Made by a program: the position numbers and the translations under genes. A DNA stretch of 64,000 nt from Candidatus Woesearchaeota archaeon (GTDB taxonomy: Archaea; Nanobdellota; Nanobdellia; Woesearchaeales; JAFGLG01), in NCBI GenBank assembly GCA_016928155.1, contig JAFGLG010000005.1, positions 128,340 through 192,339 on the forward strand, written 5' to 3'. Under the pieces are notes generated by a model. It saw only the letters and a program-made list of their open reading frames with translations, was not told where the DNA came from and did not search any database. How positions within the stretch are numbered: position 1 is the first letter of the stretch; each line of letters begins with the position of its first letter. Of this stretch, positions 1 to 12,918 are shown one piece after another.

Positions 1-2
1 AG

Positions 3-2501
3 ACACCTGAGAACATACAGATTGAGAGAGAATTCAAGACAGAGATATACCTGAACATACAAGAAGAATCCACAGAACTTCTCAGGAAAGAACGGATGCC
101 CTATATTGTCGTTCAGAAGAAGACATACATGAGAGAATGGAAGAGCGTGTATTCCGTTCCTGTCTACAGGCTTGACCAATATGAAAGAATAGTGAGGTGG
201 ATAGAATACAAGACAAGGCACCGACTTCCGATGTACAATGCAGACATAGCGCCAGAACAGCACTATCTCTATGAGAATGACCTTCGTCCATGCAGTGCAG
301 TGGAGATCAGCGGGTCAAGGATAACCCCATTGAAGACAGATGAGACAGCAGTGATGAAGGTCATGAGAGTGAAAGTCATCTCTTCAGGCGATGTCAGGCA
401 GAGCACAGAGATGCAGGTCAAAGAGATAATAGCAGACAGGAACAGATACCAGGGGAAGGAAGAAGTGATACTGCATGAGTTCGCAGAATATTTCAAGAGA
501 GAGGACCCGGATGTTGTTGTCATGCAATATGGATTCTCAAGGCTCCCCTATCTTGTGAAAAGGATGGAAGGGCATGGTATTGGATGCCCGTTCCACCGCT
601 GGGACCCTAAAGAGATAAAATACAAAGGAGGGAAATCATTCTACAGCTACGGCAATGTCAGATACAGGGATTTTGCAGTCCGTCTTAATGGACGTTTCCT
701 CATCGATACATCCTCCATGCTGGCAAGCGAATGCTCAGTGGACGGCATAGCAGAGCTGAGCTATCTCTCAGGAGTCCGCTTCCAGCAGATAGCATCGAGG
801 AGCTTCGGAGCAGTTTTCCAGGGATCACTGGTGCGGCATATGATACAGCAAGGCATCCTGGTCCCATTCAAGGAGAAGCCAGTAGAGAAGCCGATGAGCA
901 TGTTCCAATTATTGAAGTCAGACAGGAGCGCACACACATATGACCCCAAGGTCGGGATGCACCATGATGTTGCAGAGATAGATTTCTCGTCGATGTTCCC
1001 ATGGCTCATCTTCAACCATAATATAAGTGCAGAGACGATACTGTCAGACAAAGGGCCGTTCGACAAGGTGCCTGGCATACCAGTGAGAGTATCATTGCAG
1101 CACAAAGGATTTGTGCCACTTGCGATAAAACCACTGCTCGATCGCCGTATGGAATACAAGAAGAATCCGACACGGGTCAACAAGGAGAGAGCAGTAGGCC
1201 TGAAATGGGTGCTTGTGACAAGCTATGGCTACCTGCGCTTCAGGGAATTCAAGCTCGGAGTGGCAAGCTCCCACATGGCCATATGCGCGTATGCAAGAGA
1301 AGTGCTGCTCAAGGCAGCGAAGCTTGCAGAAGACAGGGGCTTTGAGATAGTGCATGGCATAATCGACTCGCTCTACATAAAGAAGAAAGGAGTGCAAGCT
1401 GATGAGGTCAAGGAGTTCTGCGAAGAGCTGCACCAGATAACAGGGATACCGATAAGCTTTGAGGGGATATTCAAGTGGATATGCTTCCTGCCGAGCGTGA
1501 ATGACAATTATAGGCCAGTGCCCACAAGATTCTATGGAATATTCGACAATGGTGATGTGAAAGCAAGAGGGATCGAGGTGAGGCAGAGGAGCTGTCCGCT
1601 GATTGTGAAATATTTCCAGCAGAAGGTCCTGGAGAATATGGCAGGATGCGGGAATGAAGAGGAGATAAAGCAGATGATACCAGCATTCTACAGGATGCTC
1701 AGGAATACAGTGGACAGATTAGAAGAGCTTGATGCAGACTGGCTTGCAAGCTCAGTGTGTGCCGCGACATCTGACTACAAGCATGAGATAAGCCAGAAGA
1801 AAGCAGTCAGAGAGCTCAAGAAGAAAGGCATAAGAGTCATGCCAGGGCAGAAGATAAGCTACATCTATGGAAAACATGGGATAGTGCTTCCAGAAGATTA
1901 TGACATGAATCCTGATGTCATGCAGTACAGGAGACTCCTGATCAGGGCACTATATTCAGTGCTGCAGGTGTTCGGCATAACAAAAGAAGAGATCCGAGAA
2001 GGTATCATGGATGAGATGCAGACAAGGATAATGTGCATCCCGATGAGAAAGGATTTCAAGAACAGGCGAGGATTATCAGAAAAAGAGCTGAGAAGGAGGC
2101 TTGAAAGGCATGGATGGCTTGTCTGGAGAGGGGACATGCTCGCTGCGATACGCACAAGAGAGCTGTATCCGAATGTCGAGAGAAAATATAAGATGCTGAC
2201 TGATCTGCTTGAAAGGCATCACCCAGGCAGACTCGAAGAGCTACAGTACATATGCGCTGTGCATCATGGGATGCCAGATTTCCTCTGCTACAGGGATTGC
2301 AGGTTCAAATTCGTGGAATGCAAGCTCGAATATGAACCGCTGAGCGATGCGCAGAAGAGATGCATCCGGCGGCTGGAAGGGATGGGGTTCGGTGTCGAGA
2401 TACATAAGCTTGTGCAGAAGACCAGAATGAATGAAGCGGTTTATGTTGGAGATGAGAAGGTCATTATCGAAAAACAATTACCACTTAGGACGTTTGCATG
2501 A
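3..2501 (+). CDS. polB: Family B DNA polymerase, 5'-partial. The reading frame is open back to the window edge. Polymerase motifs A (DFSSMFPWLIFNHNIS), B (KWVLVTSYGY) and a variant motif C (HGIIDSLY) are present. Exonuclease motifs look degenerate.
   Basis: Alignable by eye to archaeal PolB, e.g. Pfu motif A LDFRSLYPSII and motif B KILANSFYGY. No in-frame stop lies between position 3 and the first ATG at 96. Confidence 0.8.
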   Translation, partial: TPENIQIEREFKTEIYLNIQEESTELLRKERMPYIVVQKKTYMREWKSVYSVPVYRLDQYERIVRWIEYKTRHRLPMYNADIAPEQHYLYENDLRPCSAVEISGSRITPLKTDETAVMKVMRVKVISSGDVRQSTEMQVKEIIADRNRYQGKEEVILHEFAEYFKREDPDVVVMQYGFSRLPYLVKRMEGHGIGCPFHRWDPKEIKYKGGKSFYSYGNVRYRDFAVRLNGRFLIDTSSMLASECSVDGIAELSYLSGVRFQQIASRSFGAVFQGSLVRHMIQQGILVPFKEKPVEKPMSMFQLLKSDRSAHTYDPKVGMHHDVAEIDFSSMFPWLIFNHNISAETILSDKGPFDKVPGIPVRVSLQHKGFVPLAIKPLLDRRMEYKKNPTRVNKERAVGLKWVLVTSYGYLRFREFKLGVASSHMAICAYAREVLLKAAKLAEDRGFEIVHGIIDSLYIKKKGVQADEVKEFCEELHQITGIPISFEGIFKWICFLPSVNDNYRPVPTRFYGIFDNGDVKARGIEVRQRSCPLIVKYFQQKVLENMAGCGNEEEIKQMIPAFYRMLRNTVDRLEELDADWLASSVCAATSDYKHEISQKKAVRELKKKGIRVMPGQKISYIYGKHGIVLPEDYDMNPDVMQYRRLLIRALYSVLQVFGITKEEIREGIMDEMQTRIMCIPMRKDFKNRRGLSEKELRRRLERHGWLVWRGDMLAAIRTRELYPNVERKYKMLTDLLERHHPGRLEELQYICAVHHGMPDFLCYRDCRFKFVECKLEYEPLSDAQKRCIRRLEGMGFGVEIHKLVQKTRMNEAVYVGDEKVIIEKQLPLRTFA

Positions 2502-2630
2502 GAACCTCACTTGGTGTAGCAACATTATTTTCATATATCAGACTACCATAAATTATTTAAGAAAGTATTAATTCCTAATGGATAGTAAAAAAAGAGTTCT
2601 GTGATAAAAAACTGCTATGGGGGTATTGAA

Positions 2631-3065
2631 ATGAAAAAGTATCTAGTTTTTGCACTTGTGTTTTTGCTAAGCACTTTCGCTGTTTATGCCTTAAATTCAG
2701 CACAAAAATCAGATTCTGCACTGATACCTGGGACAGAGCATGTGACTGTACCAGCGCGATTCGACCTGTACCTGAATCAGGCAGCAATTCTTCATAACAA
2801 TTGGATAAGCTTTGCCTATGTTGATGAGATTGCACAAGTAAAGGTTATCAGACTGAACCAGGGAGAATCAAAATCAGTGAAACCTGTCTTGATAGAAGTC
2901 AAGTACACTGATGGACCGACATTTAGCCCTGCGGACCCTATACACACCGAATATTTTTATATGGACATCGGCGACAGCGTGTATTTCAATGGAGTCGTAC
3001 TGGACCTGACAGGGATAAGCAACACATGGAATGTTGAATTCTATGTGCACTATCCTGAATGGTAA
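2631..3065 (+). CDS. Secreted hypothetical protein with an N-terminal signal peptide (MKKYLVFALVFLLSTFAVYA).
   Basis: Hydrophobic N-terminus after Lys residues. GGGGGT Shine-Dalgarno-like box just upstream of the internal ATG at 2631. The listed ORF starts at 2601. Confidence 0.5.
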   Translation: MKKYLVFALVFLLSTFAVYALNSAQKSDSALIPGTEHVTVPARFDLYLNQAAILHNNWISFAYVDEIAQVKVIRLNQGESKSVKPVLIEVKYTDGPTFSPADPIHTEYFYMDIGDSVYFNGVVLDLTGISNTWNVEFYVHYPEW

Positions 3066-3148
3066 ACCCTATCTTTTCTCTTTTTTATTTTCTTTCTCTA
3101 TTCCCGTGATACAAAATCTATTTAAGCCTCAGAGTCAAAGCTAAGGTC

Positions 3149-3748
3149 ATGTGCGGCAGATTCATCTTGACAGTGGATATCGGAGAGATATTGAAGAGAT
3201 TCAAGGTAGAGACAGATATCAGAACGAATCCCAGACATAATATTGCACCGACACAGAACATCCTCATAATCACTTCTCACGAGCCAAGCAAACTGAACAT
3301 TGCCAGATGGGGGCTGATGCCATCATGGGCAAAGCACCCAATAATCAACACAAGAGAAGACAGCATCACAAAACCCCTGTACAAATCGCTCAATAGATGC
3401 CTGATCCCTGCAGACGGTTTCTTTGAATGGAAGAAGGTAGGAAGCAAGAAGATCCCCTATTTCATATCGCTCAAAGGGAAGAAGATCTTTGCTTTCGCAG
3501 GTCTATGCAATCAGGAAGCCTGTTCAATCATCACAACAGCAGCAAATCAATTGGTGAAACCTATCCATGACAGGATGCCGGCAATACTTGAACAGAAAGA
3601 AGAGAGAAGATGGCTTAAAGGGATGGACAAGGATCTGCTGAGACCCTATCCTTCTGACGAGATGCAATGCATACAGATAAGCGATCTTGTGAACTCACCG
3701 AAGAATGATAATCCTGAGGTCATCGCAGCCCAGAACCTGCTTAAATAG
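3149..3748 (+). CDS. SRAP-family protein (SOS-response-associated peptidase, YedK/HMCES-like abasic-site processing protein).
   Basis: Begins MCGRF, placing the catalytic Cys at position 2. Conserved HDRMP motif and WGL.P motifs. Length about 200 aa. Confidence 0.75.
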   Translation: MCGRFILTVDIGEILKRFKVETDIRTNPRHNIAPTQNILIITSHEPSKLNIARWGLMPSWAKHPIINTREDSITKPLYKSLNRCLIPADGFFEWKKVGSKKIPYFISLKGKKIFAFAGLCNQEACSIITTAANQLVKPIHDRMPAILEQKEERRWLKGMDKDLLRPYPSDEMQCIQISDLVNSPKNDNPEVIAAQNLLK

Positions 3749-3810
3749 GGCCTCACAAACTTTATATACCTTAAAGACCACCATATCATCAGCCAATGAG
3801 GTGGGAACGA

Positions 3811-4106
3811 TGATAACTCTGGGCAGTAATATCGAATTAGTTGGTTTCAAGGAAGTAGACCCTGGTTCTATGGTGATTGTTCGCAAGATGGTGGGCAATT
3901 ATTTCAGGAGATTCACTGACACCAAAGGCGGGATTGAGAAACTTACACTGACGCTGAAGCCTGTCCATGCGCAGGATGAGAACAGCAAATTCGAGCTCAA
4001 AGGCAGGGTCGCCATGAGCGGCGCTGTCAAGGCCAGCGAAGCCACTGAGAAGAACCTTTTCTTTGCACTCGACAAGGTGCTCAGCAGGATAGAAGCACAA
4101 CTATAA
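3811..4106 (+). CDS. Small hypothetical protein of about 98 aa.
   Basis: GAGGTGGG ribosome-binding site directly upstream of the ATG at 3811. The 5' part of the listed longer ORF 3705..4106 overlaps the preceding gene. Confidence 0.4.
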
Positions 4107-4117
4107 CCCCGATCTAT

Positions 4118-4759
4118 ATGCCTGAAACCACAAAGAAGGAAGCTGTAGAGGGAATGAAAAGCGCAATCGAGGGCCTCATCAGCAGATACAATGAATGCGG
4201 CAGAGCTGACATAGACCTTCTCGACGAGGTAATAAACCGCCGCGTGCTTCTGAACAGCTGGGATGAACTGAGAGGCCCTGAGAGAGACGGGCATGAGCTA
4301 GGAAGGCAGATGATCATGCTGGCAGAATCAGTCGACAGGATACTCCAGGAAAACTATCCAGTCTTCTTCGGACCGCGTGCCGAGGAGGCAGAGCAATGCA
4401 TACCCACAATAATCGACCTGACCAAAAGGTACTATGCAAGCGAGCGTACACTCACTGATTTCATCAGCAATGCAGAGACGGCATTCAATGGAGCCATAAT
4501 GCAATATAGGAAAAGACTGGAATTCCTGACAGGATATCCTGACACTCTTGTGGAAAATGAGAGGGATATCATCATCACAGGCCTACATCAGCTGCTTGTC
4601 CTGGCGACAGAGATGAATAGTTTCTGGATTGAAAAATCCAATGGACAAGGGGTATCTGGAAAAAAACCATTTGACACCCAGCTCTATGAGATCATCGGAT
4701 GCTTGAGAGAATATTCAAATGAGACTGAGAGCCAGGAACGCCATGGCCCAGATGCCTGA
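4118..4759 (+). CDS. Hypothetical protein of 213 aa.
   Basis: Intact ORF with coding-like purine-rich composition. No motif recognised. Confidence 0.45.
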   Translation: MPETTKKEAVEGMKSAIEGLISRYNECGRADIDLLDEVINRRVLLNSWDELRGPERDGHELGRQMIMLAESVDRILQENYPVFFGPRAEEAEQCIPTIIDLTKRYYASERTLTDFISNAETAFNGAIMQYRKRLEFLTGYPDTLVENERDIIITGLHQLLVLATEMNSFWIEKSNGQGVSGKKPFDTQLYEIIGCLREYSNETESQERHGPDA

Positions 4760-4947
4760 ATTCAAGCTCCCAAGAGGCTATAAAGCCATTCTAGAAAGAA
4801 AAGATTTATATATGAGAAAGTGATTTTTCAGATTGAAAGAGAGGCGCTATATCCCCTAAATTCTGGGCTTATAGACCGTCTGGACAAAACCAGAACTAAA
4901 GTGAAAAAGGCGTATTGATTTCATTATAGAAAATAAATATAAGATAG

Positions 4948-8133
<3,186 letters not shown>

Positions 8134-8245
8134 TTATAACAAATTCTATTTTTTATGTTAATATAATAACAATAAGTTAAAGTATTGTATAAGATTTCTA
8201 TATTCAGCCAACGCAATTCCCAAAAAACTAAAGGAGTGATAATAA

Positions 8246-8473
8246 ATGACATATGGACCAAACCAACAGCAACCTGCATATGCAATGCTTTCAATAGATC
8301 CAAACCTGGCATATGGATCTGATCCTGAAAGGCGCCAAACAAATACCCTCTGTGCAGCAGATTTCCTCCCTTATGAAGTCCTTGCACAGATAAACAGGAA
8401 CAGAGCTGCAGTGCAGCCGAGCGAATTTGATGCTGCTGTTGAAGCAGAGCATGCACTGGCTGTGAACTATTAG
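8246..8473 (+). CDS. Small hypothetical protein of 75 aa.
   Basis: AAGGAGTGA ribosome-binding site 8 nt upstream of the ATG. Confidence 0.4.
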   Translation: MTYGPNQQQPAYAMLSIDPNLAYGSDPERRQTNTLCAADFLPYEVLAQINRNRAAVQPSEFDAAVEAEHALAVNY

Positions 8474-8549
8474 CCATCAACAGCTCGCAACCTTTTCTAT
8501 GTTTTTCTTTTCACATATTCTTAAATAATATCTGGCATTACACTGCTCC

Positions 8550-9170
8550 ATGGATGATCTTCCAGCACCGCCGAAAGGGTATATGCTGTTTGCACAGAGC
8601 AGCATAGCCGGCACACTGGACATTGATTATCAAGCCCAGACCATGGGAAGGCAGAACCGGGATGCAGGAGTGCTGCGCTTCACAGAAGACTACACTTTTG
8701 TCAATATCGCTGATGTCTGCAGATATAAACAGACCCTTGATGACTATGTGGCTGAATCAACTTTCCTGTCAGATCTCAGCAAACTCGGATTCACAAGAGA
8801 AGACCTGCCGGATCTCGAGAAAGAGATAGGATTCGACAAGACAAGGTTCTTGGGGAAGACAAGGTACAAAGCAGACTCGATCGACAGAGTCCTGGAATAT
8901 TTTCCAGAACCAGAAAATGAGAAAAAACCAGAAAAAGAAGAGGAGAGAATTGACTTCTCCCAATCGAAGATGATCACAGTGCAGGAAGCAGCTGCAATGA
9001 TCAGGCAATACAGCCTGCCGCTGAACACAATTGTGGAGTTCAGAAAAAAATACCAGGACAATCCGGAAGCGGCAGTCATTGAAGGAAGCTCTGTGAAGAG
9101 ATTCAATGAACTGGCACTCGAGATGTTCATCCTCAGGATACTTGAAGAGAAAGACGCACAAAATATATAA
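8550..9170 (+). CDS. Hypothetical protein of 206 aa.
   Basis: Intact ORF on the same strand as its neighbours. No motif recognised. Confidence 0.4.
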   Translation: MDDLPAPPKGYMLFAQSSIAGTLDIDYQAQTMGRQNRDAGVLRFTEDYTFVNIADVCRYKQTLDDYVAESTFLSDLSKLGFTREDLPDLEKEIGFDKTRFLGKTRYKADSIDRVLEYFPEPENEKKPEKEEERIDFSQSKMITVQEAAAMIRQYSLPLNTIVEFRKKYQDNPEAAVIEGSSVKRFNELALEMFILRILEEKDAQNI

Positions 9171-9193
9171 AGCGACAAAATTGCTGAATTCTC

Positions 9194-11302
9194 ATGTGCG
9201 GCATCATAGGATATTTCGGGCCAGAGCTGGATAAAGAGAAGATAAGAGCAGCTTTTGCCCTGATAGAATCACGAGGGAAAGATGCATATGGATACAGCAA
9301 TGGCTCTACAGTCGAGATCAAGAAGCATATAGACAGACTTTCGCTGAAGGATACAACAAATTTCTTCTTACACAAACTCCATTCCATTGTCGGAAGCAGA
9401 CCACAGCCATTCAAAGGCAAAGGGATCTTCATCGCGAACTGCGAGATATACAACTGGGAAGAACTGGACCAGAAATATGATCTCGGTGCAGGGAATGATG
9501 CAGAGCTGATGTTCAGGCTTATTGAGGAAAAAGGGACAGATGCACTTGATGAGTTTGATGGTGTCTATGCTTTCGCCTACTGGCGCGACGGAAAAGTGAT
9601 CCTCGCCCGGGACATAATAGGAGAAAGACCAATATGGGTGTCAAGGACAACATTTGCCTTCAGCTCAGAGAAGAAAGTGCTGGAGGCAATGGGATTAGAT
9701 GATGCAGAGGAGCTGAATCCTCGCAAGATACTGACCTATAAAATCAAGACCAAGGAGAAGGGATATGTCGAGAGAGAATTCTTCAAGACAGAACCACAGG
9801 TCAAGGATAATCTACAGGGAATAAAGAAGAGATTGAATGGGCTGCTCACAAATGCAATATCAAAAAGGGTGCCTGACACAAGGATCGGGGTGCTGTTCTC
9901 AGGGGGGATTGATTCAACACTCATTGCATTCATCCTAAAGGAATTAAGGGTAGATTTCACATGTTATGCAGCGGGGCTTGTGCAGGAAGGGCTGAAAGAG
10001 GCAGAAGACCTTGTACATGCAGAGAAGATAGCAAAAGAATTAGGATTCCCGCTGAAGTTGATAACAATAGGCCTGGATGAGGTTGAAGCATACCTGACAA
10101 AGATCGTGCCGCTCATCGAAGACAGCAATGTGGTCAAGGTAGGAGTTGCACTGCCATTCTATCTGGCATGCGAAGAAGCGCAGAAAGACGGAGTCAGAGT
10201 GATATTCTCTGGCCTGGGAAGCGAGGAGATATTTGCAGGATACCAAAGACATGAGCAGAGCCAGGATATAAACAAGGAATGCCTGCACGGACTGCTGAAG
10301 ATGTATGAGAGAGACCTATACAGGGATGATGTCATCACAATGCACCACAATATTGAACTGAGACTTCCATTCCTCGACAAGAAATTGGTTGGGTATGCAC
10401 TGCAGATACCTGCAAAGTACAAAATAAAGGATGATGTGAAGAAATGGATAATACGCGAAGTGGCTAAGGATCTTGGAATGAAAGCTGAGTTTGCCATGCG
10501 GAAGAAGAAAGCAGCACAGTACGGCAGCAATTTTGACAAGGCAATACAGAAATTAGCAGCAAAGCAGAAGAAAAGCAAATCAGGATATCTGAGGGATTTC
10601 TATCCGACGCATAATCTCAAAATAGGTGTGCTTTTCAGCTCAGGCAAGGACAGCACTTATGCAATGCACATCATGATGAAGCAGAACTATGAGATAAGCT
10701 GCCTGATCTCCCTCAAGAGCAAGAATCCTGATTCCTATATGTTCCATACACCGAATATCGACATGGTCAAACTCCAGTCAGAAGCACTCGGGATACCATT
10801 GATACTTGAAGAAACACAAGGAGAGAAGGAGACAGAGCTCGAGGACCTTGAAAAAGCGATCATAAGAGCAAAAACAGAATATAGTATAGATGCAATATGC
10901 ACAGGGGCCCTGTTTTCCAATTACCAAAGAGACAGGATTGAGAAGATATGCGACAGGCTCGGGCTAAAGATGTTCTCGCCGCTCTGGCACAAGGACCAGG
11001 AGCTTGAGATGAGGGAGATAATCAATGAGGGATTCAAGTTCATGATGAGCAGCGTCGCGGCAGAAGGGCTGGATGCAAGCTGGCTCGGTCGGGAGATAAC
11101 CTTGACTGACGTCGACAAACTAGTTCAGCTGCACAGAAGGATCGGCCTGAATGTCTGCGGCGAAGGCGGGGAGTTCGAATCGCTCGTTGTCGACGGGCCG
11201 ATATTCAGGAAAAGGATCATCGTCAAGGAATCTGAAGTCCTGACTGACGGATCAAACGCAAAGATCATAATAAAACAGGCCGGACTCATGGAAAAGACCT
11301 AA
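9194..11302 (+). CDS. Three-part fusion protein. Class-II glutamine amidotransferase (MCGIIG), then asparagine-synthetase PP-loop domain (VLFSGGIDST), then a second PP-loop ATP-pyrophosphatase domain of the MJ0570/Dph6 (diphthine-ammonia ligase) type (VLFSSGKDSTYAM).
   Basis: N-terminal Cys2 nucleophile. Two separate SGGxDS-type PP-loop motifs, at roughly aa 235 and aa 480. Total length 702 aa. Confidence 0.7.
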   Translation: MCGIIGYFGPELDKEKIRAAFALIESRGKDAYGYSNGSTVEIKKHIDRLSLKDTTNFFLHKLHSIVGSRPQPFKGKGIFIANCEIYNWEELDQKYDLGAGNDAELMFRLIEEKGTDALDEFDGVYAFAYWRDGKVILARDIIGERPIWVSRTTFAFSSEKKVLEAMGLDDAEELNPRKILTYKIKTKEKGYVEREFFKTEPQVKDNLQGIKKRLNGLLTNAISKRVPDTRIGVLFSGGIDSTLIAFILKELRVDFTCYAAGLVQEGLKEAEDLVHAEKIAKELGFPLKLITIGLDEVEAYLTKIVPLIEDSNVVKVGVALPFYLACEEAQKDGVRVIFSGLGSEEIFAGYQRHEQSQDINKECLHGLLKMYERDLYRDDVITMHHNIELRLPFLDKKLVGYALQIPAKYKIKDDVKKWIIREVAKDLGMKAEFAMRKKKAAQYGSNFDKAIQKLAAKQKKSKSGYLRDFYPTHNLKIGVLFSSGKDSTYAMHIMMKQNYEISCLISLKSKNPDSYMFHTPNIDMVKLQSEALGIPLILEETQGEKETELEDLEKAIIRAKTEYSIDAICTGALFSNYQRDRIEKICDRLGLKMFSPLWHKDQELEMREIINEGFKFMMSSVAAEGLDASWLGREITLTDVDKLVQLHRRIGLNVCGEGGEFESLVVDGPIFRKRIIVKESEVLTDGSNAKIIIKQAGLMEKT

Positions 11303-11526
11303 ATAATCTGCCTGGAGAACGGACATCATTCTTGACAATGAGGTGAAAAGTGACAAGGAACAGTGGATGCACCTTTCTTACCACCTGCAGACCTGCTCGG
11401 CGTACCCATATGCTCCCGCCTGTGCCTTGATCCAAGGTCTGAAAATACAATATTACCAATAATACCCCCAAGGGGATCAGGCCTGCAGAAGCTTTCTCTG
11501 CAGCCCAGCAGGCGATAACTGAAACC

Positions 11527-12060
11527 TCAGTTCAGGCTGAGAAAACTGACCAGGGTGATTCTCTTCAGATTACCATCCTGAAAAATGTCATATGAATTGG
11601 ATATGTAGAACCTTTCGGACGGATGATAACAGAGAGACCTGCGGCAGAACTCCCTCACAGGCCCTACAGGCGGATTCGCTGTCCTGAAAGAGAGATAAAG
11701 GGCATCCAAATCTTCTCCAGAGACCTCCCCACCATCGGTAGTATCAGCCAAAGCAGCCAAAAACTCGATGTAAGACAGGGAATATGTCCTGGCAATATGC
11801 TGATCAGCCCCAAAATTCCTGGATTCCCATGCAACAAAGGCATCACTCAGGGTTTTCAGGGCAGAATCATCCTTCCTTGAGAAGTATCCAATAATCTCCC
11901 TTGACAGCTCTGAGTGGCTGACCATTATCTCAGGACCTGAATTCCTTATCCTGTCAGCAAGCGAGTCTTGAGCCATCCCGAGCGGGGAAAGATGGAGGAT
12001 TATAAACTTTTCTGGGAAAGGTAATACCACAACCGAAAATCCTCCATTATTCTCCAGCAA
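11527..12060 (-). CDS. Hypothetical protein of 177 aa.
   Basis: ORF only. No motif recognised. Confidence 0.35.
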   Translation of the reverse strand: MLENNGGFSVVVLPFPEKFIILHLSPLGMAQDSLADRIRNSGPEIMVSHSELSREIIGYFSRKDDSALKTLSDAFVAWESRNFGADQHIARTYSLSYIEFLAALADTTDGGEVSGEDLDALYLSFRTANPPVGPVREFCRRSLCYHPSERFYISNSYDIFQDGNLKRITLVSFLSLN

Positions 12061-12093
12061 AAGTATAATAATCCATGATCAATCTTATCCCTT

Positions 12094-12357
12094 ATGGATA
12101 ATATTGAGATATGGATACTCAACAAAATGTGCAGAAGAGGGTATTGGGGCAATAGGCTGATTAACTTCGATGATTTGCACAACAATAAGATCTCCAGAAG
12201 AGACCTTGAACACCATCTCAGGAATCTTGAGAATCTTGGTTATATCCAAAAGAAAAAAGGAGACAAGTCTTCGCTTTACAGATACTCTCTTGTTCCTTGT
12301 CAAAAACATATTATTTTGCATATCCTAGAGGAGGTAAGTCTAAAAAATGGACATTGA
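12094..12357 (+). CDS. Small putative winged-helix DNA-binding protein.
   Basis: Short basic ORF whose stop overlaps the start of the next wHTH gene. Confidence 0.3.
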   Translation: MDNIEIWILNKMCRRGYWGNRLINFDDLHNNKISRRDLEHHLRNLENLGYIQKKKGDKSSLYRYSLVPCQKHIILHILEEVSLKNGH

Positions 12358-12691
12358 AATACTAAGAAACAATACATTTATATATGAAGACCGGTTACAA
12401 GATGAGATGAGACTTTCAAATTTCACTGATCTGCTCGGCGATGATCCCAGGATCAAAGTACTTGATTATATGCTGGAGAACTGTATATTTGATTACACAA
12501 AAAAAGAGATAGCTGAAAACGCAGGCATATCCAGGACAACCCTTGATACCTTCTGGATCAAACTGTTGGAATATGGAGTCCTGAAAAAAACGAGGAGCAT
12601 AGGGAATGGAACTCTTTACAGGCTGAATCACAATAGTCCTATCGTGAAAAAGATGAAAGAGCTGGATCTTGAGATAACAAAAGCAAAATGA
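12347..12691 (+). CDS. Winged helix-turn-helix transcriptional regulator.
   Basis: The ISRTTLDTFWIKLLEYGVLKK..GTLYRLN recognition-helix and wing pattern resembles the 32631..32954 protein. Confidence 0.45.
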   Translation: MDIEILRNNTFIYEDRLQDEMRLSNFTDLLGDDPRIKVLDYMLENCIFDYTKKEIAENAGISRTTLDTFWIKLLEYGVLKKTRSIGNGTLYRLNHNSPIVKKMKELDLEITKAK

Positions 12692-12900
12692 AAGGCAGAT
12701 ACAGGCATTACAAAGGGAAAGAGTATGAAGTGATCGGAATCGGCAGGGATTCTGAGACATTAGAAGATGTTGTTGTCTATAGAGCACTGTATGATGATGC
12801 GAGATTCGGGAACAATGCATTATGGGTCAGGCCAAAAGAAGAATTCTTCGGAGATGTTGAGGTGAATGGAAAGAAAAAGAAAAGGTTTGAGATGGTTTAA
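12688..12900 (+). CDS. DUF1653-family small protein.
   Basis: Characteristic YRHYKGKEY..V...........YR.LY...........WVRP pattern. Confidence 0.5.
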   Translation: MKGRYRHYKGKEYEVIGIGRDSETLEDVVVYRALYDDARFGNNALWVRPKEEFFGDVEVNGKKKKRFEMV

Positions 12901-12918
12901 TAATTAAAATAGCTATAA

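Noticed and set aside
761-2477. Several ORFs of 70-140 aa antisense to or nested within polB (for example 761..1183 and 1092..1433 on the minus strand, 731..943 on the plus strand).
   Set aside because: They lie entirely within a strongly supported polymerase reading frame. Their compositions (Ser/Leu/Cys-rich) are typical of antisense translation of a purine-rich coding strand.
8134-8245. An AT-rich stretch downstream of gyrB considered as a possible tRNA or ncRNA.
   Set aside because: No cloverleaf or stable helices could be drawn. It is consistent with a simple terminator or promoter spacer that carries an AAGGAGTGA ribosome-binding site for the next gene.
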